A model generated the notes under the pieces. It did no database searches, was not told the DNA's origin, and worked only from the letters and a program-made list of their open reading frames with translations. Below are positions 7,405 to 14,612 of a stretch of DNA of 32,000 nt, piece after piece (within the stretch, counting starts at the first letter, position 1; each line of letters starts with the position of its first letter). Position numbers and translations under genes: made by a program. The stretch comes from Mycolicibacterium smegmatis (GTDB lineage Bacteria > Actinomycetota > Actinomycetes > Mycobacteriales > Mycobacteriaceae): assembly GCF_001457595.1 (NCBI RefSeq), contig NZ_LN831039.1, positions 2,340,001 to 2,372,000 on the forward strand. Reading direction: 5' to 3'.

Positions 7405-8106
7405 TCACGCCGATCCGGCGCGCGTGTGCGCCGGTGGTTCGGGATGCAGCGGGACGGCCTTGCGCGCCGTCAACGTGGTGCGGCGGCGGATGAACTGCCG
7501 CAGGTAGCCCAGCCGGTCGGGGTTGGCGATGCCCGGCAGTACGAGCTGCCAGCTGCGCTCCAGGTCCTGCAGGAACCGTTGTGGATCCTCCAGTTCGCTG
7601 GTCTGGCGGACGCCCAGGTACAGCGACACCAGCAGCCGGGCCACGACGTCCGGGTCGCTGTCTGGGGTGAGATCACCCTCGGAGACGGCGCGGCGGCCGA
7701 TCGCGGAGAAGCGCGCGACCCAGTCCGTGACAACCTTCGCGCCGAGGTTCTCGGTGCGTCCGATCGATTCGATCAGGTTGAGCCCGGCACGCGTCATCGG
7801 GTCGCTGACGTCGTCGACCGCGAGTTGGTAGCTGATGTCGATGAGGGTCTCGAGGCCGGACAGATTGCGCGCGGCGACGTCCTCGGTGGTGTCGCGGGCC
7901 TGCGCGGCGTGGTACTCGACGATTGCGCAGGCCAGCGCGTGCTTGGAGCGGAAATGGAAGTACAGCGCCCCCTTGGTCACCTGGGCGTCGGCGAGGATGT
8001 CATCGAGGCTTACCAGGCTGTACGGGGTGCGCGCGAACTGCCGCGACGCGGCCTGCAGGATCTGGAGCCGGGTGAGGTCTGCTCGGCGGTCGAGCTGCTC
8101 AGTCAC
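7405..8106 (-). CDS. TetR-family regulator, paralogue of the adjacent one (ScbR/ArpA-like subtype), about 233 aa
   Basis: VTEQLDRRADLTRLQILQAASRQFARTPYSLVSLDDILADAQVTKGALYFHFRSKHALACAIV. The start is taken as GTG 8106 (GAGG 7 nt upstream, N-terminus matches family length). GTG 8109 and ATG 8136 are alternatives. The rest of ORF 7405..8289 is low-GC and not protein-like. Confidence 0.8.
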   Translation of the reverse strand: MTEQLDRRADLTRLQILQAASRQFARTPYSLVSLDDILADAQVTKGALYFHFRSKHALACAIVEYHAAQARDTTEDVAARNLSGLETLIDISYQLAVDDVSDPMTRAGLNLIESIGRTENLGAKVVTDWVARFSAIGRRAVSEGDLTPDSDPDVVARLLVSLYLGVRQTSELEDPQRFLQDLERSWQLVLPGIANPDRLGYLRQFIRRRTTLTARKAVPLHPEPPAHTRAGSA

Positions 8107-8344
8107 CACACAACCTCGGAATCTGCAGGATCGCATCGTCGGGCGTACGTCTTCTGGCAAACGCGCGTACGTCAATTGTTCCATCAGGAAATTCCCATAC
8201 CGAGGCGGCGCTGACCGTGTCTTGATGTCGGTTCTCCGATCCGCCGCGATTCGCGAATACTTGAAGTCACCAGTAGGCGTGCGGATCATTCTATCGGTAT
8301 GTATTCTGCTTTATGTGATAACTCCGGGTTCGCCGTTGGTGGAC

Positions 8345-8660
8345 CCTGCAGCGTTGGATCGCGCCCCCGCTGCAGGCCCCGCGACGTACCGTGCGCCATC
8401 GCTTTCCGCGGTGGTGCGGGGCTATCCTGAATGTGTTGCCATGGCCTGCACCGGCAATCCCCCTCGAATCCCGGTGCAGGTCATGGTGACCTCGCATACT
8501 CGGTACCCACTAGGTGTCCTCGCTGCGTCCGATGCACACCGCGCCACGTGCGGACAACGCCCGTTGTCCAGCTCAGGACGGTCGACTCGGCCCGTGGTGG
8601 CGGCGGCGCACACACGCTGAGGGTCGAGGCGCGGCGGTCCATCGGCTCGACTCAGTTTTG
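8345..8660. other. Structured non-coding region (candidate 5' leader or sRNA; strand not established)
   Basis: Strong local hairpins: 8345-8376 (9-bp stem CCTGCAGCG/CGCTGCAGG, loop rich in C); 8445-8480 (10-bp stem CCTGCACCGG/CCGGTGCAGG, 16-nt loop CAATCCCCCTCGAATC); 8552-8569 (GGACAAC-gccc-GTTGTCC); 8619-8653 (GAG-gg-TCGAG...CTCGA-CTC) followed by AGTTTTG, 16 nt before ATG 8676. No convincing ORF. Confidence 0.25.
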
Positions 8661-8675
8661 AGGTACCAATAAACG

Positions 8676-9503
8676 ATGTGGGACGACGAACTCGATGTCG
8701 TTTGCTGTGGATCCGGTTCCGGGGCGTTTGCCGCGGCGATCGCAGCGGCCGACGCCGACCTTGACGTAGAGGTCGCCTGCCGGCCCGTTACCCCGCAGGG
8801 AACTTCCGGGTCGCCATGGCTCGGCCGCGGCATCGAAGATTCCGAGACCAGGGAGTATCTCGACGAACTCGTGGCGGACCAGGATCCGTCTTCGCGCGAC
8901 TCCGAGCACGCCGACATCGAGATCCGTGCCATGAGGCAGCTGTCGCCCGCGGCGCCGAGGACGCCTGTCGAGACCTTTCACGGCGCCCAGTTGCGGGACT
9001 GGGCCGGGCAGTGTCTGCGGTCGCCGTACGGCCTGCTGTATACCCGCCTCACCGAGCGCGGGGGCGTCCCGATGGAGACCGAGGCCGGCGAGATCATCGA
9101 GGCGAACGTGCTGGGGTCCATCGACCTCCCGGCGGGGGCCGGTGCCGCAGCGGCGGTCGACGGGTGGATGCGGATGCAGCTCCGTGAGCGCGACATCCCG
9201 AGCGACGACGACGCCGCGCTGGAACGGATCGTGTTCGAGGAGGGCGAGATCGTCGGTGTGGCGCTCGCGACAGCCGACGGTCCGCGCACCGTACGGGTGC
9301 GGCACGGCATCGCAGTGTCCACCGAGGTGCCCGCCGCCGGCCGACGGCGTATGGAGACCGCCCAGACGCTGCGGGTGGCGCTCGTGGGGCGAAGCGCCAG
9401 CAGGTTCAGCAGGGTGGAGTTGCTGACGATCCCGTCCGCTGGTCATCCCGACGATCTCGCGCAGGGCAACGGGGCGCCGCACTCACATGCGAGGCGCAGC
9501 TGA
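8676..9503 (+). CDS. Hypothetical protein with an N-terminal Rossmann-like dinucleotide-binding motif (275 aa)
   Basis: MWDDELDVVCCGSGSGAFAAAIAAADADLDVEV is a beta-alpha-beta GxGxxG/A-like start, as in FAD-dependent oxidoreductases. Codon third positions are GC-rich as in neighbouring genes. I recognise no further motifs. The 3' end overlaps the convergent GGDEF-EAL gene by 21 nt. Confidence 0.6.
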   Translation: MWDDELDVVCCGSGSGAFAAAIAAADADLDVEVACRPVTPQGTSGSPWLGRGIEDSETREYLDELVADQDPSSRDSEHADIEIRAMRQLSPAAPRTPVETFHGAQLRDWAGQCLRSPYGLLYTRLTERGGVPMETEAGEIIEANVLGSIDLPAGAGAAAAVDGWMRMQLRERDIPSDDDAALERIVFEEGEIVGVALATADGPRTVRVRHGIAVSTEVPAAGRRRMETAQTLRVALVGRSASRFSRVELLTIPSAGHPDDLAQGNGAPHSHARRS

Positions 9504-11333
9504 GAAGTGCACCGGCACACGGCCTTTGGCAAGAAGGGTCTGCATCTCACTGCCCAGGATGGGTTTGGACAGCAGGAACCCCTGCGCGCGGTAACACCCG
9601 TGGCGCAGCAGGGTGAGCGCGGCGCGCTCGGTCTCCACGCCCTCGGCCACCAGTTGTAGTCCGAAGGCCCCCGCCAGCGCGATCACGGCCCGCACGATCG
9701 GAAGGTCGCCCGGGTTGGAGCCCAGTTCGGCCACGAAGCTGCGGTCGATCTTCAGCGTGTCCACCGGCAGTGATTTCAGCAGCGACAACACGCTGTAACC
9801 GGTGCCGAAATCGTCGATGGCCACCTGGACGCCGACGTTGTGCAGACCCGTCAGCGTGGTGCGGGTGGTCTCGATGTCCTGCACCACAACGCTTTCGGTG
9901 ATCTCCAGACACACCGACCCGCGCGGCAGACCGAACTCTTTCATGATGCCCGCCACCGACTCGACGAATCCGTCGGTCACGAGCTGGACCGGTGAGACGT
10001 TGATCCGCAAGACGATGTTGCGGCCCACGCCGTTGGCCCGCCACCGGGAGAACTCGGCGCATGCCGTGCGCAGCACCCACCGGCCCAGTTCCCCTGCGAG
10101 GTTGATCGATTCGGCCACGCCGATGAACGAGTCGGGCGACAGCAGGCCGCGGGTGGGATGCTCCCAGCGGACCAGCGCTTCTGCCGCCAGCACCTCACCG
10201 GTGCGCATGTCGATTTCCGGCAGGTAGTGCAGCACCAGTGCGCCGCCTTCGATCACGCTCTGCAGGTGCAGTTCGATGTCGTTGCGGAAGTCGATCTCCA
10301 TGGCCATCGCGTCGGAGAAGACCGCGACGCGGTTGCCGCCGGAACCCTTGGCCGTCAATACCGCGTGGTCGGCCCGGTTGAGCACGTCGGACGTTGAATC
10401 CTTACCCGGAATGCCTTGTGCGATACCGATGCTCACGGTTCGAGTGAGCATCTCACCGTCGACGGTGACGCGTTCGCGCAGCACCGACTGCAGCCGGTAG
10501 GCCAGCGCGGTGGCCTCATCCAGCGACATGGGATCGTCGGGGACGACGACGAACTCGTCGCCGCCGAGGCGCGCTATCAGCTTCGGAGCGTCGTCACCGC
10601 GTTGCAGTCGCTGCGCGAGGATGCTGATGAACGCGTCACCCGCGGTGTGACCCAGGTAGTCGTTGATCGCCTTCAGCCGGTCCAGGTCGAAGAACATCAC
10701 CGCGACCGGACCGGGTTGTCCCGGAGCGAGTCTCGCTTCCAGGTGCGCCATCAGGGCGCGACGGTTGTACAGGCCGGTCAGGTGATCGTGGTCGGCCAGG
10801 TAACGCAGGCGTTCCTCGGCCTCGATCCGGGCCTGCACCTGCGCGAACAACGACGCGATCGCCTTGAGCGCGTTGAGTTCTGCGGGCAGCCACTCGCGGT
10901 CGCCGAACTTGACGAAGCCCAGCACACCGGTCGTGACGTCGCCGCTGAGCAGCGGGACGCACGCCATCGACGTGGCGGGGATGTGCCGGCCTGCCACGTC
11001 GATGGTGCGCTGATAGTCGTCGTAGAGCGGTTCGGGCCGGAACACCGCGGGTTCCTTGAGGTGTTCGGCCATGGCGAACACCGGGTCGGCATCGGCGAAG
11101 TGGACGACGGCGATCGGGTCGGTGGCGGCGTCGACCGGACGCGGCGGCCACTCGGCGACGAGCCTCGTGGCGTGGGCGCGGTGGTCGTTGTGGCGCAGGA
11201 AGCTCACATCGACATCGAAGAACGACACCAGTTCGGCGAGCACCTGCTGGCTGACCGACACCGAGGTGGCCGCCTCGACTGCCATGAGCTGAGTGGCGAC
11301 GGACGTGACCAGCACGTCCAGGCTCTCGGACAC
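9483..11333 (-). CDS. dcpA: Bifunctional c-di-GMP enzyme, GAF-GGDEF-EAL architecture (616 aa)
   Basis: GGDEF domain: DHLTGLYNRRAL...FFDLDRLKAINDYLGHTAGD...ARLGGDEFVVV. EAL domain: AAEALVRWEH...NVSP...LEITES...IDDFGTGYS..LK.LPVDTLKIDRSF...AEGVET...GC...QGF. About 190 aa of GAF-like N-terminus. The start is set at GTG 11333, which has GGAGG 7 nt upstream and lies after the upstream gene's TAA. ORF 9483..11618 would otherwise overlap that gene by 256 nt. The size matches the ~615-aa M. smegmatis DcpA / Rv1354c family as I recall it. Confidence 0.9.
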   Translation of the reverse strand: MSESLDVLVTSVATQLMAVEAATSVSVSQQVLAELVSFFDVDVSFLRHNDHRAHATRLVAEWPPRPVDAATDPIAVVHFADADPVFAMAEHLKEPAVFRPEPLYDDYQRTIDVAGRHIPATSMACVPLLSGDVTTGVLGFVKFGDREWLPAELNALKAIASLFAQVQARIEAEERLRYLADHDHLTGLYNRRALMAHLEARLAPGQPGPVAVMFFDLDRLKAINDYLGHTAGDAFISILAQRLQRGDDAPKLIARLGGDEFVVVPDDPMSLDEATALAYRLQSVLRERVTVDGEMLTRTVSIGIAQGIPGKDSTSDVLNRADHAVLTAKGSGGNRVAVFSDAMAMEIDFRNDIELHLQSVIEGGALVLHYLPEIDMRTGEVLAAEALVRWEHPTRGLLSPDSFIGVAESINLAGELGRWVLRTACAEFSRWRANGVGRNIVLRINVSPVQLVTDGFVESVAGIMKEFGLPRGSVCLEITESVVVQDIETTRTTLTGLHNVGVQVAIDDFGTGYSVLSLLKSLPVDTLKIDRSFVAELGSNPGDLPIVRAVIALAGAFGLQLVAEGVETERAALTLLRHGCYRAQGFLLSKPILGSEMQTLLAKGRVPVHFSAAPRM

Positions 11334-11362
11334 CGGATCACCTCCACTTGAGCTCAGCCCTG

Positions 11363-13534
11363 TTACGACGTCCTGACCCCCTGGAGGGCTCGGCGCCGGC
11401 TCCGTATCGACGGGCGTGGCGCGAAGAAGAATCTGAGCACCAACGCCTGCGATTCGTCGCGATCGGTCGTCGTCACCTGGCGAAAAGCGTACTGCAGGTC
11501 CCGCAGTCTCATCGCGTGGCCCGCCGAGAGTTCCTGCAGTTCGCCGTCGTTGTGTGCGTACAGGAACACCGGCGACACCGGCTGCACAGAGACACCGTGC
11601 TGCTGCGCGGCGACCCACACGGCTTCGACCGCGCTGCCCGCCTGTGCGTAGTCGGTGAGCCTGCGACCCCGGATGGAGACGACCGCGAGCGCCGAGCTGG
11701 ACGTCACGCGCTCGTAGGTGTCGTCACCCAGTGCCGATCCGCTGCCCCAATCGGCGAGCTTGTCCATCACCTCGGGGCGACGCAGGATGTCGAGGACCAC
11801 GATGTCGGTCTCGTCGAGACCGAGCGTGGTGATGTCGATCCCGGTGTCGGGGTCGGGGTCTCCTGGCCAGCGCAGCTCCGAGATCATCTGGCGGTGCAGC
11901 GTGGGCGTCAAATACCGGATGCGATCGGTTTCGGCGAGAATCCTTGCCGCGGAGTCCATTTCGGAACGATCGCTCAGTACCGTCAGGCGGGCGCCTTCGC
12001 GCTGTGCCGCGGTGTGTAGTGCCTGCAAGACGTCGGCCGGGATAGGTTCGGCGTCGCCGCGCAACCGGTTGGTCTCGCGCTGCAGCATGGGCTCGTAGAG
12101 TGCGGCCGACTCGGGATCCGAGCCGGGGGTCAACGGCAGTGTCGCGAACAGCGGCGTGCCCTCGTCGCCGCGGGACCACTCGACGCGAGTCCTCAGCCCG
12201 TGCGCGGCGGCCGCGACGCGGGCGTTGAAGGCGGCCGCGCCGAGCGCCACGGCGCTGCCGCGGTAGCCGACATCCATCGCCGAGGTGTATTGCGTCAGCA
12301 GCCGCAGGCTGACCCGGTCACGGTCGACCTTGATGTCCCAGGGCTGGACGTTGCCGCCCGAGGGGGCGCGAGAGGTGGCGTGCGCGATGATGCCGGGCAC
12401 GTCGGCGGGGGCGGCCTGCGATTGTTCGTGCAGCACCGGCGCGGGCCGCGGCGGTGTGTCGAGTGGGTCGTCGATGCCGTCGAGTGTGCTGCCGATGTCG
12501 ATGCGCACCCGGCCCGACGCCAACGGTTCGCCGAGGCCGATGCGCCGGACGGCGTCGGCGACGACGGTCGCGCCGAGGACGACCTCGGACGCCAGTTGCG
12601 GCCAGGTGGTGAGGGTCTTGCCGACCTCGACGAGGGACGCGGCCATCCGGGCGGACAACTGGGGGGCGTCGAGGATGCGCAGGACATGGGGCACCTTGTC
12701 CTTGCTCGACAGACCCGCCAGCCGCGCCGCGTCGATGTCACCGACCAGGCCGTGCAGGATGGGACGACCGGGATCGAGGTCGAAGCGTTCCACGTCGAGC
12801 AGGCCGCGGTCGGAGGTGGCCATCAGCACCGGAAGCTTGCGCGCCCGCGCAGCCTCGCGGACGAGCACTTTCGCGTCGAGAGAGTCGCATTCCTCGACGA
12901 CGACGTCCAGACCGTCGAGGAACTCACCGAGTGATTCCGGTTGCGCACCGCCGAGATCGACCCGCACGCGCAGGTACGGATCGATCTCGGCGATCCTGCG
13001 TGCGGCGACCACCGCCTTGTTGACCCCGAGATCGAACACCGTGCCCGGTACCCGATTCAGGTTAGGCAGCTCGATCTCGTCGAAATCGGTCAGCCGCAAC
13101 TCTCCGCACAGCCCCTCGACCGCGAGGTTGTGGGCGATCGCGTGGCCCACGCTCAGGCCGATCACCCCGATCCGCAGATCTGACAGACGCTGCTGCTCGT
13201 CGGCGCTGATGAGGTTGCGGTTGCGGTCGAGCCGCAGCCGGTGGAACGCGCGCGGGCCGACCAGGTGCACCACACAGCGCCGCCACGGGTAGTACGCCCA
13301 GGTCGTCGGTTCGGCGAGCAGGTCCGGTTCCACCGCCGGAACCAGGCTGCGCAGGGCTTCCTGTTGTTGTCGACAGTCGTCGATCACCGTGATCCGGGCG
13401 TCGGCACGCAGCTGCGCGAGCGCGTCGCGTCCGGCGTCGGTGTCCGGGTCGATGATGACGGCAGTACAGGCGGAGTCGTCGTCAGCGGGAGAGCCGGTGG
13501 GAGAGAGGTTGAATCGGTGGTCGTCTGAGATCAT
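11363..13534 (-). CDS. moeY: Rv1355c (MoeY)-family protein: ThiF/E1-like adenylation domain fused to nitroreductase-like (SagB/McbC-type) domains, 723 aa
   Basis: E1-like core: RIGVIGLSVGHAIAHNLAVEG...LRLTDFDEIELPNLNRVPGTVFDLGVNKAVVAARRIAEIDPYLRV...VVVEECDSLDAK. C-terminal half: HATSRAPSGGNVQPWDI... and a second related segment ...AVWVAAQQHGVSVQPVSPVF, typical of FMN nitroreductase-fold domains. ATG 13534 overlaps the upstream stop (ATGA). Confidence 0.85.
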   Translation of the reverse strand: MISDDHRFNLSPTGSPADDDSACTAVIIDPDTDAGRDALAQLRADARITVIDDCRQQQEALRSLVPAVEPDLLAEPTTWAYYPWRRCVVHLVGPRAFHRLRLDRNRNLISADEQQRLSDLRIGVIGLSVGHAIAHNLAVEGLCGELRLTDFDEIELPNLNRVPGTVFDLGVNKAVVAARRIAEIDPYLRVRVDLGGAQPESLGEFLDGLDVVVEECDSLDAKVLVREAARARKLPVLMATSDRGLLDVERFDLDPGRPILHGLVGDIDAARLAGLSSKDKVPHVLRILDAPQLSARMAASLVEVGKTLTTWPQLASEVVLGATVVADAVRRIGLGEPLASGRVRIDIGSTLDGIDDPLDTPPRPAPVLHEQSQAAPADVPGIIAHATSRAPSGGNVQPWDIKVDRDRVSLRLLTQYTSAMDVGYRGSAVALGAAAFNARVAAAAHGLRTRVEWSRGDEGTPLFATLPLTPGSDPESAALYEPMLQRETNRLRGDAEPIPADVLQALHTAAQREGARLTVLSDRSEMDSAARILAETDRIRYLTPTLHRQMISELRWPGDPDPDTGIDITTLGLDETDIVVLDILRRPEVMDKLADWGSGSALGDDTYERVTSSSALAVVSIRGRRLTDYAQAGSAVEAVWVAAQQHGVSVQPVSPVFLYAHNDGELQELSAGHAMRLRDLQYAFRQVTTTDRDESQALVLRFFFAPRPSIRSRRRALQGVRTS

Positions 13535-14313
13535 TGCCCCGCCGCAGTAGTGGAATCGGTGTCGTCGGCCACGCCAAGCCGGGGTGTGATCCGCTGCGAC
13601 TCGGCGAAGTAGGCCGAAAGCTGCTTCGGATCAGCGTGATTGGCAAATGTACTCCGATCCCACCACATCATCTTGGTCTGGTACCGCGCATCGGGGTACG
13701 GCGTCGCCGGGATCTTGGTGGCGAGCACGCCTCCGGAGGACAACCACCGCTTGAGGACGTAGGCTGCCGCCGTGGCCATCGCGAACTGAATGTTGAGCAA
13801 CGTCATGGAATGTAGCGGCATCCTCGCCAGCGTGTCGGTGAGCGCACGGCTCTGCTCCGGGTCGTCGCTGACCCAGGCGGTCTTCATCTCGACCACACCG
13901 AACGGGATGCGGTCGCTCACCATTTTGCGGACGGCGTCGAGGCCGGGTTGACCACTCCATTCGACAATCGCATGGCTTTCGTCGGCGTTTCGGTACGGTC
14001 CCTTCGCCCGCAGGCCGCCGACAACCCGACCGGCGTCATTGATCCCCGCGCAGAACAATGCGGTGTCGGTACCGGTGCGCAAGGCCTGCATATCGAGCGC
14101 GCACTCGACGCCGTGTTTCCGGTAGTTGCGCTCGGCGCCCCGGACGTATTCGTGCCACAGTTCCCGTTCGGCTCCCGGGTCGGCGACCACGATGGTGCAT
14201 TCGCTGGTGGGGTCCCACCAACTGTGGCTCTTGGCAAGCGAGAGGTCCGAGTGGTCGGAGGCTTCGAGTCCAGCAAGGGTCATGTCGGTGTCCATTTCTA
14301 CGGTCGGCCGCAC
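13531..14313 (-). CDS. Conserved hypothetical protein (Rv1356c-like position), up to 260 aa; start uncertain
   Basis: Long ORF with GC-rich third positions, first gene of the operon. Candidate starts are GTG 14313 (GGGAGG immediately adjacent), ATG 14295 and ATG 14283. The pattern ...ALFCAGINDAGRVVGGLRAKGP...GVVEMKTAWVSDD... weakly resembles GNAT/LuxI-fold acyltransferases. Confidence 0.7.
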   Translation of the reverse strand: MRPTVEMDTDMTLAGLEASDHSDLSLAKSHSWWDPTSECTIVVADPGAERELWHEYVRGAERNYRKHGVECALDMQALRTGTDTALFCAGINDAGRVVGGLRAKGPYRNADESHAIVEWSGQPGLDAVRKMVSDRIPFGVVEMKTAWVSDDPEQSRALTDTLARMPLHSMTLLNIQFAMATAAAYVLKRWLSSGGVLATKIPATPYPDARYQTKMMWWDRSTFANHADPKQLSAYFAESQRITPRLGVADDTDSTTAAGQ

Positions 14314-14433
14314 CTCCCGCGTGGTACGGCTAAATCGGGCTTACGTTGCGTCGGGACGCGAATACGCGACATGAGTATCGCGCCGCTTGCCACTCAAATT
14401 CCAGCGAGCCGAGAAAGATCGTGAACCGGGGTA

Positions 14434-14612
14434 TGCAATTTAGTTCGTCATACCGCACTTACTCGCCAGTAGCTGCAAATTTGGCAAATTCGTTCGCAAT
14501 GGAAAAAAGGTGTTTGAACCGCTGAAAGGTGGGTATAGCAAATATCTTTATTGACGCGCTCGTGAATCGTGTACGCACGCGCAAGTTTGATCAGATTTGC
14601 CGTCAGGGCAAT
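14434..14612. promoter_or_regulatory. AT-rich island in the divergent promoter region, with seven GCAAT/GCAAAT motifs
   Basis: GCAA(A)T at 14435, 14475, 14484, 14496, 14538 and 14608, plus ATTTGC at 14595. The perfect palindrome CAAATTTG lies at 14476-14483. A rough count expects fewer than one occurrence by chance in about 180 nt. The island sits between the minus-strand operon start (14313) and purU (14778). Confidence 0.35.

Noticed and set aside
8196-8301. ArpA-box-like CGGTATG half-sites (CATACCGA at 8196-8203, TCGGTATG at 8294-8301) and the perfect palindrome ATTCGCGAAT (8249-8258) as TetR operators
   Set aside because: A rough expectation for an 8-bp inverted pair anywhere in 570 nt is above one, and for a 10-bp palindrome about 0.5. 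They are not significant on their own and may still be worth an EMSA.
8445-8480. tRNA-like TCGAATCC element within a hairpin
   Set aside because: The stem encloses a 16-nt loop rather than a 7-nt T-loop. I found no acceptor, D or anticodon arms around it.
8345-8480. Possible 6C-family sRNA (two hairpins with C-rich loops)
   Set aside because: The loops have only 4-5 consecutive C, the spacing between hairpins (about 70 nt) is larger than I recall for 6C, and the strand is unknown. It is kept only as a generic structured-RNA candidate.
9483-9503. Convergent 3' overlaps (9483-9503; 6745-6748; the 3-nt gap at 27824-27826) as antisense regulatory devices
   Set aside because: Short 3' overlaps are common in compact high-GC genomes, and the sequence itself shows nothing functional.
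9483-11618. N-terminal extensions implied by the longest ORFs (61-318, 4124-4246, 8107-8289, 11334-11618, 14529-14777, 20698-20757, 22570-22752)
   Set aside because: The extensions overlap upstream genes or run through intergenic DNA, have an atypical composition, and bypass internal starts that have an SD sequence, stop-start coupling or family-typical N-termini.
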